Part shown: positions 26,558-40,952 of the stretch, one piece after another
Numbering within the stretch: the stretch's first letter is position 1
Layout: the number at the start of each line of letters is the position of its first letter
Source: Adineta vaga
Lineage: Eukaryota > Animalia > Rotifera
Assembly: GCA_021613535.1 (NCBI GenBank)
Contig: CP075492.1
Coordinates: forward strand, 17,670,001-17,734,000
Length of the DNA: 64,000 bases
Reading direction: 5' to 3'
The notes under the pieces: generated by a model
The model's input: only the letters and a program-made list of their open reading frames with translations
Database searches by the model: none
What the model was told of the DNA's origin: nothing
Position numbers and translations under genes: made by a program

Positions 26558-28814
26558 ATGAGTAAAATATTGCCGATCAGTGATAATCATACAAATAGTC
26601 ATATCGTAATTGATAAAAAGATTAACATAAATATGTTTCTGTTTTGTATGATTATTTTAGGTTGGATCAATTAACAATGATACATTTCAAACAACAATTA
26701 CTCAATCAAGAACATCGTATGTATATTTTAAACCATCGAAAGAGTATAACAGAGATCTTCTATTTCAGGTGTGAATGTTTTCGAAGACGAAAACTAATGT
26801 GGATGATATTTGGTATTATTGCAGTTATTTTAAGCGCATCAATTATTTCTGTTATTTTTACTGTTGGAATGAAGAAACAAACAAATGAAGCAACGACGTC
26901 AATAGTGACAACAGAATTATCAGAAATAGTAGCGATAACAACCGAAACATGGTCGCAATCACCACCACCACCAGCAATCACAAAAACAACAACAACAACA
27001 ACAAAAACAGAAGGTATACTTTTTTAAAAAGAAAATCAATAAAAAAGAATTAACGGTGAGTCAGAATAAATGAGCGTCTCAGTATTTTCAATATATTTCA
27101 CTCATATTTCAGTACTTAAGAAAAAATCTTTTTAGCAAAAGATTCCTCGTTAAATTCTTAACTAAACCTAGATATTTTTATTATCTGAAATAGTACCATT
27201 ATTTTGTCACATATGATACAATAGATCAGTCTGAGAGTTACAACTTTCAAACACAACATTTTTTCGCATTATTTTTATTACCCTTCTCAGCTCTTCGATC
27301 GTTGTTTCTCTTGATATGACCTTATTTCAGTTTATAAATCGTTGCACATTCATGTTATATGCAGTGCTCCAATAGGCTGAGATCAGAACTATTCAGAGAA
27401 ACAATACTTCAACCAGTCTAACGTCCGGTAAGAAAAATTTTGTGTTTAAAAAATTTAACTCTTGGACCGATCGATTGTAATTTTAGTATCAAGGTTTTCT
27501 TGACATGGAATCGGATACTGATACTCTAATACCTAATTTCTGCCTCAAGAACTTAATCAATAATGATTAATTACTTCATGTCGAATACAATCTCTTCGAA
27601 AATAAAAAAAAGAATTTAATTCGAAACTATAATTTTGTTTTCAAATAAACATTAGTACACGATCTTGTCTTCATTCTTGCTCTACTACTGATAAATATGA
27701 GAAGAATTTTGACTAATACCTAAGAAGAAATGAGAATTTGAGAAGATAAAAGTATAAAGTTATCAATTAGTGAGTATAATAAAATAAAAATTGATTGACA
27801 TAGTCGTGTTTTGAGTAAGTTTTAGAAAAGAGAACTTGTGTTTGATCTTGATCATTTTATTAATCTGATCTTGAAAGTTAATTCAAACATTAAATATCTT
27901 TTTTCGTTCTAGTTCATATCCATACTACATGGAAGGAATATGGAATTACAGTTGCTGGAGGGAACAATGTCGGTAATCAATTGAACCAACTGAATTTACC
28001 TCAAGGAATTGACATTGATGATGACGATGGATCGATTTATATTGCTGATAGAGAAAATCATCGTATCGTTCGATGGAGATTGACTGCAAATAATAGTGAT
28101 GTCGTTGCTGGTGGTAATGGACCTGGACGTGGAGATAATCAATTACAGGGTCCTACTGCTGTGATTATAGATAAAAAGAATGATTCACTCATCATTTGCG
28201 ATTATTTTAACTTTCGAGTAATGCGATGGTTTCTGTATGATTCGACTAAACAACAAAACATCTGGAATGTTGGTTGTATCCATTTGGCAATGGATAATAA
28301 TGGAGATCTTTATGTGTCTGACACTTCGAACCATGATGTAAAACGGTGGAGAACAGGCACATCACCTCAAACAATTGTAGCTGGCGGTAATGGGCAAGGA
28401 TCAGATCTTAATCAACTTAATCATCCTTCTTATCTGTTCGTCGATGAGAATTATTCAGTTTATGTATCAGATATGAATAATAATCGTGTGATGAAATGGG
28501 AAAAAAGTGCATCAGAAGGAGTTGTTGTAGCTGGCGGAAATGGTGGTGGACATGATCTCTCACAAGTGTATCATCCTAAAGGATTGATTGTTGATCGACT
28601 AAATAATGTCTATGTAGCTGGCTCGTCGAATTATCAAATATTCCGCTGGTCACAAGGATCTCAAAAAGGTACTAGTATTGTGGATCAGTTTCGACATGGA
28701 GAAAAGTTTGATTCATTACATTATCCAGATGGTATATTATTCGATCGACAAGGCAATCTTTATGTTGTCGATAGTGGAAAAAATCGAGTCCTGAAATTTG
28801 ATTTTAAAGATTGA
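26558..28814 (+). CDS. Single-pass membrane NHL-repeat protein
   Basis: Short 5' exons, TM helix, Thr-rich stalk, last exon with VAGGNG.G...QL..P NHL repeats. Confidence 0.85.
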
Positions 28815-28851
28815 AATTATTCTTATAATATCATGAATTTTAACTACTAAT

Positions 28852-29002
28852 CTTGAGTGTGTGGGGGTGGGTATGGGTGTGGGTGCGGGTGTGTGTCTGT
28901 GTGTGCGAGGGTGTGAGTAGGTGTGGGTGTCAATGTTGTGTATGAGACGAAGTAATTATACACCCACACCGAGCCCGCACCCAGCTCACACCCACACCCT
29001 CA
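28852..29002. repeat. Telomeric-repeat palindromic site 10 (core C)
   Basis: cttgagtgtgtggg...gggtgt-caatgttgtgtatgagacgaagtaattat-acacccacacc...cacaccctca. Confidence 0.9.
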
Positions 29003-29610
29003 TTTATACATTCTGAAAGAACTTGAAATAATACGATATTCATACAGAATGCAAGACTTTTTCTTTAAAAGATAACTTACAAGAAGGCTCATCATTAGGG
29101 CCAAAGTCAAAATCAAGCAGTTCATTGTCATCGATCTCAGGATCTGAATCCTTTTTAAAAAATAAACTAAAACATTTTTATTGTTTACAAATATTTACCA
29201 TATCTATTGTAATTTTGTTTTTGTTTGTTGAAGATCTATCGTGAAAAGAAACAATGACGCGTAATAATATGTTGGAAAAAACACCGTTTCTTTCAGGAGC
29301 ATTTTAAAATGTTTCCCGTTCGTTCGGTCGCTCTGGCGCGGTATAACGACGTAAAATGTATTGCTCATACCGCGGCCGAACAGACGGCAAACATTTTTAA
29401 ATGCCTCCTTACTCAGACAAATATATTTTTTTCCCAGACATGTAAATAATAATTTACTGAAGGTGAAGCTGAACGGCGAACCGATCTGAAGAGAAAACTC
29501 TCTGTGGATCACTTCGGCGTTCGGCTTCTGATCGAGCCTGTTCGTGTTACTCTCTACAAATAGCTCTTTTCCCTTAACAGAACAGAAAAAAGTTAATGAA
29601 ATAACAAATA

Positions 29611-29691
29611 AAGGGTGTGGGTGTTGATGTCGCTTAATAGCATAGTTTTATGTACACTCACACCCTGACCCACACCCTCATCCTCACTCTC
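29611..29691. repeat. Telomeric-repeat palindromic site 11
   Basis: aagggtgtgggtgt-core-acactcacaccctgacccacaccctca. Confidence 0.9.
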
Positions 29692-29808
29692 GTTACTATG
29701 AATATCTTTCATTGTTGGTTTTTATCACACGTTTTATTTATAAATGAAAAATAATGATGTCATAAATGATTTGGAAAGAAAGAAAAACAAGTTTTTTTAA
29801 GTATTTTT

Positions 29809-32800
29809 TTATTCCTCTTGTTGAGCTAACCATGCTTCAATTACATTCTTAAAGCTGTAGCTTGGAATAATATTCATCACTGCTGTACGACAGACTGGAC
29901 AAGTGTTTCCGACTCTTCGTAGATAATTTTCAAATGCATCTTTTTCAAACATATGTCCACATGGAGTTGTTATTACTGGATCTTCCATGATATCCAATGT
30001 GATAGGACAGGTGAAAAAATTACGATCGAGAGCAACATGAGATCGAGTATGAGCTGTTTTTTCTTCAGTTGTTGTAACTGGAATCGTTTCAAGTACGGCC
30101 AAACCTAACATTTCATCATTCGTTGCTGTTCGTTTTGCTTGTTCGATCATTGCTGATACACTTTGTAAGTAGGGTGGCGACTTTACTGATCTTAAAACTC
30201 GACAAAATTTCTTTCGTTGTCTTTCGAGATATTCTCGTACACCTGGTCTATCGATTCGGTTAAATGGTAGAATGAGCGTGTCCGTTGTTGTATCAAGGGC
30301 TTTCTGTCCACATTCTAAAGCATAATCGATTGGTGAAATACCTGAAGCCGATGCTTGACTATCAACTTGATAATATTCATGTAATCCACGAACAACTCCA
30401 ACAACAAAACGATCATTACAGTGTTCTAAACAGTAATCGATCATGACTTTTTTGGTAACAACAACATTGGCCAGTTCCATCGGTAGTGTTGCACCTTGAC
30501 ATTCAGCTTTTGTTTGTGATACTACTTCACGAATTAATGTTTCATTATCCCATTGAACATAGGGAATAGTTTTCATGCGATCACGAATAGTATAAATGTG
30601 TGCATTGATTTGATTCGACGTATGTACATTACTATATAATTCTAATAATTGATCACGAAAAATATCCACGTCCTTTCGTATTCCATTGTTGTACAATTCA
30701 ATAGCACCGTCCGGTAAATTAGGATAATTCAATAATGTCAGATATCGTGGTCGAACTGTCGCACCCGATGTTGTTAAATTGATTCTATACCATTTTTCTA
30801 CTTCATTTGGATTCGTAACGAACGTGTTCTTTCGAAGCACTTGCCCCGTGTGTGAATCGACTCGATCGAAATTTGAATTTACGAAAATACACCAAGCCAT
30901 AGGTTCATCAGTATCAATGAAGGGTAATGCATCACGATAGATTGATCTCTGATAGTCGATTGTATGACCTCTTGCACGCTGTAAGAAACCTTTCAATGCA
31001 CGAATTGTCAAAATTTGATTGATAGTTTCTAGTTTTTCCGACGACAATTTAATCTTTGGAGCTAATTCTCGAAGTATTTTCATCCAGAAAACACTTCGAT
31101 TATCATCATGATCTAGATTAGTTAAGATTTTATTTGAATCGAGCAATGTTGGTAATGCTTTTATGATAAAATTTGGAAAAGGTCGTTGTGTTACATCCAT
31201 AATCCATGCTAATCGAATCGCTGCCAATGGTTGCAATGTCCAAACACTGCTGCGTGGTACACCGCGTAAATATTGATATTGTTGTAGACAGCAAGGAAGT
31301 TGTCGAAGAATAGATAACAAGTCAATTGTATCATCTGATGTACGCTAAACTTGAATTAATGCATCTTGAGGACCAGGTGAAGGTTGATCTTCGATTTCAC
31401 ACATGCATAACAGATCGAATATCATCGAGAGGAGATGAAAATCATCAGGACAATATAGAGTTCTTAATTGTTGTAATGCATCAGCAAGTTTTTCGACTTG
31501 ACAGGTTAAATTATCTAATCGTACATTTAAGTAACCTATTGCTGGACCATACTTTTTATCATTCTCTTCGATAATCAATCCTTTTTCGTTAAAACTCAAC
31601 GCTTCTTCCCAGAATCGTCTTAATTCTACTTTTGCATTGAGATCATTGTCTACTTGTTTGATCAATTTTCGATATTCAGCACTAAATGTATTCATAATTT
31701 TATTTAAATAACCATATAACTGTTGACTTGCAGTACTATCTTCAAGATACGCCTGCGATGCTTTGGTCAATGGTACTACCAATGACATAAGATTTCGAAA
31801 TTCTTCACCACGAATACATCGTTGAAAATTTAATTTCGCTGTTTCTTCGAGATAACGAAAAATGCCGAGAATTTTCTTCGTTAAGCTTTGTAATTGAATT
31901 TCACCTTGACTGTGACAATTGTTAAATAATTGAATCATTTGTGATGGAGCAAGTAGAAAGGAAGGCAATGCATACATTCCGATTTTGAAATAACCCGGTA
32001 GATGAACATAGGAATGATGTTCACGTAGAAATCCTTCAATTATCGTATCAAGTTGAGTATATCTATCCGATGCAATACCAACGTAGGGAACATTCGGATG
32101 TACACAAGATGAAATGATTGCTGCATGTCGTTCTTCGATTCCCACGGGTGACCAAGGTGGTGCAACAAAAAACACAGTTTTACATTGTTCTTGAAAAGCT
32201 AAACGTGAGATATTATCAGTAAAATCACCATCCGAAATAATGATGGCATCGTAAGCTGTTGGAAATTGCCGAGTACGTTCAAAAGATGGACAGAATGCAG
32301 TACCGCCGCCCATGTGAAATTTTTTCGGTTATAAACGCGTTTGAAAACGCATCCGAAACGCGTCTTATAAACGCATCTGGACGCGTCCTACATGAAACAT
32401 CTGATGCGTCTAGATGCGTTTCGAGGATGCGTTCAGATGCGTTTCACAGATGCGTTTAGACGCGCTCGAAAACAAAACGCGTTCAAACGCATCCGAATAA
32501 TTTATGAAACACCTGACGCGTCAGACGCGTTTCGAAAAAATTGCAAAAAAAAAGATTTTTTTGTACTCGTAGATTTGACCTACGTCACCATCAGAACCTC
32601 ATGATGGTCATCTCTATCCTAGAGGCATAGTACAGAATATATTTTATGACTTACATAATTAATTTTGATTTGTGCAATGAACGAGACTAGAACATATGAA
32701 CATGTGAATAGAAAACAACTGACTTACGATTGAGCCATATATGCTCGATGAACTATCATTTATATGTAGATATCATTTTAAAATTCAATTCTACTTAGAT

Positions 32801-34857
32801 AATAAATGTCTTTATAGCAAAGAATTGTATTTTAGATTAGATTACATATTTTCTGATATTGATAATTAATTAATATTTAGTTCAATAACAAAAACCATCT
32901 TTTATCAAAACTCGTATATATTTTCATATTTAGTTTATTTTGATCTATATTGGAAAACAAATAAGGTAATTGAAGAATGAAATAGAATTATTTAAGAAAA
33001 ATATGAATCTTATTCGAATTTTAATAATACAAAAAAACATAAAAATTCGAGAATCATTTTTTTGAACTATTATGAAAAAAAAGTTATTTCGACGGAGAAA
33101 TTAGTTTATCTTTCTATTTTTGATATTTAATTCAAATGTAAACAAAAATCTTATAGTTTTAACAATATTTCGTAAAAAGATCCATTAAAATATGAAATAT
33201 AAATTAAATTCAATAATATAAATAATTACAATTGAATAATTATTATCTGATATTTTCTTTTCTACAAGATCAAAAACGAAATATATTTATTTATATATAA
33301 TAACAATAGTAAACTCTTTGTTTTCTAAATATTAAATGAAAAACAAAAGAAAAATGAGAATTATGTGAATATTATTTATAAATAAACCTTTTATTTCCTT
33401 GAGTTCTACTATTTTGTTGATAAACTTCTTTGCACATTTGAGTGGTTTTCTTTCCAATCAATAATGCTAAAAGATCATTTATACTTAATTTTTGTGTATA
33501 AAAATCATTATTTTTATGTCTATTCTACATCTGCAATTCGTATTTTTAATTAAATACTTGTTTTCTTCATTTGCGTAATTTAAACTGAAACTTTTGACTA
33601 AAGAACAGAATTTCAATGAACACAAAGATAAAATTGTCTGTATGATAAAGATATTAACTTCTATTCTAAGATGACACAATTATATAAAAATATTTGATGC
33701 GTCGTATTTGATCAATAATAACCCTCAAACTGATTGAAACAAACGCAAAAATCTTTCTAAAGCCATAGGTTTGTCTTTATATCAAAAAGTCGTTTCGAGA
33801 CCTTTTTTATCGAAATCCATTCTCATCTAAAATGCGTTTGAACGCGTTTATCATCCAGATTATCCCTAAAACGCATTTGAATATCAACAGCAGTGAAACG
33901 CGTCCCTACTCCAAACGCGTTTAATCGCGTTTCTTAGTTCAAACGCGTTAGAACGCACACATCAGACGCGTCTAAACGCTTTCGCAATTCAAACGCATCA
34001 GGACGCGTGCTTCAGACGCGTTTAAACGTTCTCTCAGTCCAAACGCAGCAGAACGCGTGCTTTAAACGCGTCTAAACGCTTTCGTCTCTGAAAACGGGCA
34101 AAAACGCGATATAGAAACCAAACGCGTTTGTGTTTCATGTGCGTCTGGACGCATTTCTTACTAGGAACGCGTTCGAACGCGCCCATAGGATGCGTTTAGA
34201 CGCAGTACATGTATCATTTGAAACACTAAACGCGTTCAAACGCAGACTAAACGCGTTTTTTCTGCGTTTCAGTGTTACATGGGCGCTAGGACGATAATTT
34301 TCTTTACTAAATTCATCCAAAGTTAATAATCGACCACCAAGAGTATTGTGTACTTTTTCTTGTGTATCACCACCAAACAAAGATACATGAACTTGTATGT
34401 CTTGATTCTGTAATCTTGCACAAAATCCGATGATAGTTCGAACTAGAGGATCGAAACCTGAACAAGACATCGATCCACTCATATCGAAATGAATAATTAC
34501 TGATCGTTTTTCCAATTGAATATTGAATTGTTTTAAATCATCAAATGTTAAAATGGCTTTGGTTGGATGATACATAACTACTTGTTTGACTACAGAGACA
34601 ATTCGATCGAAAGGTATATCCATTTTTCGAGATAATAAATCAAGCATTCGATGGTACACATTTTCTATATATACTTCTCGTTCTTCAGCTGCTTTTTTAT
34701 TACACAGTTGTTCAAGATTTTTTAGTAACTCCAGGTATTGTTCTTGACTGCAATTGCATGGATCTTCATCAGATAACAGCAAGACTGGTACGAAAAAATC
34801 TTCTTGAGCAGCTTTTCGAGCTTCGCAAGCTAACATCTGTTTTGTTCGATGAGACAT
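29809..34857 (-). pseudogene. VWA-domain plus C-terminal RING/U-box protein, disrupted by a TE and an in-frame TAG
   Basis: MIDAS DMSGSM, GGTAF, IIISDG; C-terminal CPITLDIMEDPVITTPCGHMFEK...CPVCR; insertion 32309-34283; TAG at 31345-31347 in frame with the downstream ORF. Confidence 0.85.
32309..34283. mobile_element. Non-autonomous CACTA/EnSpm-type element (CCCATGT termini, 2-bp TSD CG)
   Basis: cccatgtgaa...ttacatggg; dense ACGCGT/ACGCAT subterminal repeats; removal restores NYRPSGGTAFCPSF. Confidence 0.9.
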
Positions 34858-35055
34858 GTTAAAGTTTTGCTTTAAAATAAGTGTTTATTTTTGTACACTG
34901 CATTTTATATAGTGCCATCTATTCTCGGAAGAATTATGAAATCTTGCACAATCTTCATCATTTCTGTCTATACAAACATCCGGACTTCCTAGTCGTCATT
35001 TTATGATGTAATATTAGACAATTTCATCGATCAAAAATAAAATTCCTAGAAAAAT

Positions 35056-35108
35056 CTTGAGGGTGGGGTGGGTATGGGTAATGAAAGAAAACACCCACAG
35101 CCCTCAAG
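35056..35108. repeat. Telomeric-repeat palindromic site 12
   Basis: cttgagggtggggtgggt-core-acacccacagccctcaag. Confidence 0.9.
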
Positions 35109-35904
35109 ATATATATATATATATATATATATGAAATTTATGGTCTTTTTGGAAATGGAAAAGGAAATTTTCAAATGCAAAACCGTTTTTTACATGCGAT
35201 GGTAAGATCCAATTTCCAGGAAATTCAAATATAACATAATCATAGTATCTTGAAAATTTATTTAACTCAACATCAATAACGGACGTAGTCTGGCACTTAT
35301 ATTTAATATAGAAAAGAAATTTAGAGTATCGATTGGGTTGGGTTGACTGAGATTGATTTACTTCAGGTGAAATCAAAGAGAGTTAAGAAAAAATACATTT
35401 TTTATGTAGTGTTGTATGAACAAACACCATATCTTTTTTGTTAGATTAAATCGACCTCGATTTAACTAAGCTTTCAAACGAAATACATTATAATCCGGAA
35501 ACCGTATGAAACTGCGTGCGTAGCTTATGTGAAGGATGAATTGAGTTAGTAATTGGACTTAGTGCGAACAAGAAAGAAGCATTGCGAGTACGAATATGAG
35601 TTTATATGTGAAAAGAGTAGTTGACATTTCTCGTAGCATTAGAAATATGTGCTTTCTCAGTTTTCGTACAGCTCTAAGTTTGTCAATATATTTGCAACCG
35701 AGATTTAAATATATCACAATTATAGTATTACGAAAGGTTTACTCACAACATCTGCTCTCACAGCAATTTCTTCCCACCGACGTTGGACTTCTTGTGATAT
35801 TTGTTCCTCAACAATAGAGAACAGATTTTAATGAGTTATAAGCGCATTTCCCAAATAAAAGTAAGATGTGAAACACTCGAATGGAAGACAACAACAAAAA
35901 CTAA

Positions 35905-35955
35905 CCCAGGTCGACCAATCCGATACTCGGATCCGATCAGATTTGTCGACCTGGG
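35905..35955. mobile_element. 51-bp minimal inverted-repeat element (CCCAG termini)
   Basis: cccaggtcgac...gtcgacctggg. Confidence 0.55.
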
Positions 35956-37530
35956 TAAATAATAAGAGAATGTAAATTATGAACTTTTTAGTAGGCTACT
36001 TCCAGCTAAACAAAATAGTTTTTGGAAGTTTCTTGTGATTGGAATATTTAATAAATTCAAAATACGTACTTTTCGATGAACATGGGCACGTTTCCATGCT
36101 TGTCTATCAGCCGCGTGTTTTTGATAAATTAGAGTATTAACGTTGAATGTTTCGCTTCTAAACCTTTTCAACAACTTCCAAAAATCTACGTGACTAGATA
36201 TTTGAGAGAAAAGGCGATAATTCATTACTTCAGAAAACTATTGGAGTATAGTGGGGTCAAACTGACTCTATCAAGAAAATGGACGAACAACCTTTTGAGT
36301 GGCACCCATTATGTGCATCAGAGACCGGCGGGACAAGAATTTTTCTGTCCCGTCTTGTCCCGCCTCCTACGAAAATTTTTCAACAATATATTTTAAATAA
36401 ACAATCGTTGGCTTAATATTTATTTTTAAACTGTATCTTATTATATATTTTCACAATGAATTTGCTCTACAGGATTGAAAAATATAAATTCTTTCGGACC
36501 TATATATAAAATCTGAGAAACTTCTATTGCTACTACAGAAAATATTTTAACTATCATTCGTGTAGCAATTATATAAAATACAAGCTGTTGGTAAATTTAC
36601 GAGAATAAAAAGATTCAGTCTTTTTTCATACAGACAGTTTGGAAAGTTCAATAAGCTCTATTGAACTATTAATATATAAGAAAAATCACAATAAAACTTT
36701 TATTAGATTGCATAGTTACATGTATCTCAGTTAAAATATTTAAACGTATGATAACAACATTTATTTGCAGTTATTTGTGTGATTTTTTTCTTATCACACT
36801 AGTTTATTCACATTTATTAAATTCTATCTTCAAAGACTTTTTTCTGTTATACAAATGTCTATATATATAGAGAGAGAAACACTGATAGAAAGATAGATAC
36901 ATAGTACTCGCCTTATACGCTATCAAATGACGAAAAAACAATCGAATCGTCTGAGATGCGAATTATCCTAATGAGGAAACTTCCAGCAAATTTGTAACGA
37001 TATTTAGAAATAGAAAAAAGATAAAGCAGGGTTTACGAGGGCAATGTGTATAACCTTGATGCGGTGTAGATTCCAGAGCTGCGCATCAGGCCAGGCGACT
37101 GGCAGGCGCCTGGTGGCCTGGCAGGCCAGGCTCCCGTCCAGGCTGAATTTTTGAAAATTTGGCCTGGCCTGGCCCGTCCAGTAGATATAGTGGCCTGTCT
37201 GCAGGCCAGGCCAGGCCAAAGTTGTTGGCCTGCCTTAAAAAAAATATTTTTCTAGCAGCAATTTAAAAACATTAGATGGCACCACAAACTAGTGATTTTC
37301 TTCTATATTTTAGATGTATTATTTATGATTGGTGAATATTCTTATATATACAAATGAATGAGCGAATTAATTAAATAATGGATAAAGGAAAAAAAGGAAA
37401 AGTAATATGAATTATGTTGTGTGGTTAACTTTATTTGTTCAATACAGACAAGAAAAATGTCCCTTTATTCTGTTCCAATATAGAAAATATTTGTCTTTTC
37501 CATAATTTTAGACCACAATTTCAATAATCA

Positions 37531-40394
37531 ATGTCAACTGAACACTCTTATATTTCATCAACTTCTTCTACTTCATGTATTCCAACAGCCATGTCAATTG
37601 ATGATATTCAAATTATATCTGTATCTAATTCTACATCATCAAATACAAATGATTCATCATTTTCATCAACAACCACAAATAATTCATCATTTTCATCAAC
37701 AACCACAAATAATTCATCATTTTCATCAACAAATATAAATCGTTCACCAGTTGTTTCGTCGTCTTCTTCATCAACAACTACAAATAATTTATCATTTTCA
37801 TCAACAAATATAAATCGTTCACCAGTTGCTTCTTTTTCTTCTTCATCAACAACTACAAATAATTCATCATTTTCATCAACCAACATAAATCGTTTATCAT
37901 CATCATCGATATCAAATACAAATGATTCTTTATCTCCTTCATCAAATATTAATCGTTCATCATCTTCATTATCAAATACAGATGATTTATCATGTTCGAA
38001 CTCTTCGTATTATTCTAGTGAAAGAATATCAAATTTATTAAAATATGAAAAACATAAATATGATATTATTGTTAATAAATCACCATCAGCTGTTGCTTCA
38101 TATTGGTCGTGTTTCGGTTTTCCAGCAAAATTTAATACATTAACAGGTGATTTTGAAAGGATTGTTGGATATACAAGTTGCCGATTATGTAAAAAAACTT
38201 TTGTTTATGGTCCAAATAGTGGAACTGCTCACATGAAGCATCATTCTTGTACGAATAACAATATACAAATTCCAACACAAACACAAATTGATAAAATGTT
38301 GCTAGTTCGTAAAACATTAAATGATGAACAATCAAAGGTAATTAAAGATTTGATTGTACATTGGATATGTGGTGATATTCGTCCTATTTCCATTATTGAT
38401 GATAGTGGTCTTAGAGCACTTGTACAAGAATGTGTGCGATTGGGTATGTATCCATTTTATATTGAATATCTATTGAAATATATTAATTTAGGAAGTATTT
38501 ATGGAAATGTTGATGTCAATGACATTCTTCGTAGTCGAAAAACAATATCTACTCATATACAAGCTGTAGCAAAATCTTATCGTCAAAATATCAAAGAATT
38601 ATTGCAAGAACCGTATAATAACAAATGTTTGTCGATATCGCCCGATCTTTGGTGCGACAAATACAATCAAATTTCTTATCTTGGAGTCACAGCTGTGATT
38701 GTTGATCAAAATTATAAGTATCATACAATCGATCTTTTCTGTAGACAGTTTCCTGAAGTAGAAAAAACTGCTGAAAATATTTTTACTGTAATTTTAACAC
38801 TTCATTTATTAATAAACTTCTAATAATATTTTTTTTACTAATGTTTCTTACAGGTTTTACAAAATGAAATGGCTACTTTTGGAATTGATGATTTATTCAT
38901 GGTCAATATTGTTTGTGATAGAGGTGCTAATTTTTTAAAAGCATTTCGACATTTACATCCAATTACTTGTTATGGACATAGGTTAAATAATGTTCTTAAA
39001 CGAGGATTTTTTCAACATCAAAAACAAGCATCTATCTCATTAACTACTTCTGATGAAAAATCTGTTACTGATGAAGAAGAAGATGATAATGAAGATGATG
39101 CATATTGTATTCCATTGAAACCAATAAAAGTGAATAAAAGTTCAAATCGTCATACAACAGATTTGAAAGAACAAGTGATGACAATAAAACTCACCGATAC
39201 TCCACCAGCTGCTCAACTTATAATTAAAACAATTGTCGAATGTAAATCATTAGCAAAGTATATTAAACAAGTAAGTTCGTACTTCATACCCTATTCTCAG
39301 TGAATTAATTATGTGAATTGTTTTGATTTTGAATAGGCTGGTTTAAATACACACATTAAAGAAGTTGGTGGTGTTGGAGTACAACAAGCTATTGTTATTC
39401 GATGGGTCTCTTTGATAAATTCCTTAGAAAGTATAAATACATCATTTATACATATTAGAAATGTTTTAATATCTCGAAAACAACAATATAGATTATCTGG
39501 TGTGAATCAGTACTTGGTGAAACAAATAATACGTCTTTTGAAACCATTTCAATCAATTATTAAAATGGTGCAATCAGGATCAAAGCCAACATTGTATTTG
39601 GTTTTGCCATGCACTTTAAGTCTTCGAAAAGCATTAAAATCTTTCGATAATCTTGTACAACATATTTGCAAATATGAAAATCATGATGCTAGTGAAAATT
39701 TTGATGATGATCAAGAAGATGAAGGTAAAATCATTAAAAAAAACGTGTTTTTTCGTGTACAGTTAGTATTTTAGGTGTAAGTTATATTCGTCAACGAATA
39801 TCAATATTGTTACATGACATGGTTGATTTAGATATTAGACATTATTGTGCTACACTTTTGCATCCAGACTATCGTAGTCTTAAAGGATGTACAAACGAAG
39901 AAAGAATTGAATCTTTTGCATATGTACGAGAACAACTGGAATTGGTTGAAAAACAACACAAAAATAACAATGTAATACAAAATAAGAAACCTCTTAAACC
40001 AGAATATTCATCTATTCTGGACGATTTTAAAGATGATGGAAATGGAAACCCATATGATGATGAATGGGATAATGATGATGATGATATTCGAAGTATTGAA
40101 TATTCATTACCTATAATTAATCAATCTGATGAACTAAGTCGATATTTATCAATGAAAATCGATATGAATGATTATGATTATGATGTTCTTAAATTTTGGA
40201 AATCAAATACTGATCAATTGCCTCGCCTATCAAAGGTAGCTCGACAAATTCACAGCATTCCATCAACTAGTGCTGGAGTGGAAAGGCAGTTCAGCATTGC
40301 TGGACTTACATTAACCAGCAGAAGATCTGCTTTAGATCCTGATCAACTAGACAACATGATTTGTATTCGTAGTGCCATTAAAATAGAAAATTAA
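37531..40394 (+). CDS. hAT transposase with 4 introns
   Basis: BED finger (W..F..CRLC..H..C), DIRPISII, SPDLW, CDRGAN, CYGH, IRW, dimerisation motif FWK...PSTSAGVERQFS; splicing keeps the frame open. Confidence 0.9.
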
Positions 40395-40792
40395 GTGTAA
40401 ATACTTTTTCGTATTGTTATTGTTACTTATTCGTGATTTTTTCTCTTCTTCTCGTCTGATCTTGATTTTACTTGTCATTTAATCCTGAAACACATTGGTT
40501 TTATAAATATGTAAAAATATCTTTTCTTTATATGTGAAAATATTGATATAGCACAATATCAATAATTCAAATCTTCGTTTGTGAAAAACATATACAATAG
40601 TGGTGAGTTCTCTCTTTATCTTGACTTAGTATTTTCGTGATAAGAAAATGTTATATTGTTCTATAATTATGAAAATAAATTACATAACTAAAGTTGGAAC
40701 TATAACTCAATCCATAGTTTTATGATTTGATCGATTAAAAAACTTAAAATTTCCACTTGGCCTGGACAGGCGCCTGATGGCCTGCCAGGCCA

Positions 40793-40952
40793 GGCCAGGC
40801 CAGGCTAAGAACGGAAGCAGTCTAACTCAGCCTTACCCCAGGCAGGCCAATGCTATATCCAGGCAGGCTACAGGCCAGGCCAGGCTAAGAACGGAAGCAG
40901 TCTAACTCAGCCTTACCCCAGGCAGGCCAATGCTATATCCAGGCAGGCTACA
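40793..40952. repeat. 80-bp tandem duplication in the hAT right subterminal region
   Basis: caggctaagaacggaagcagtctaactcagcc... starts at both 40801 and 40881. Confidence 0.9.

Noticed and set aside
27052-27550. Possible MITE in the NHL gene intron
   Set aside because: Inverted termini too degenerate to define
31345-31347. Programmed TAG readthrough in the VWA-RING gene
   Set aside because: The gene is also disrupted by a TE, so a nonsense mutation is the simpler explanation
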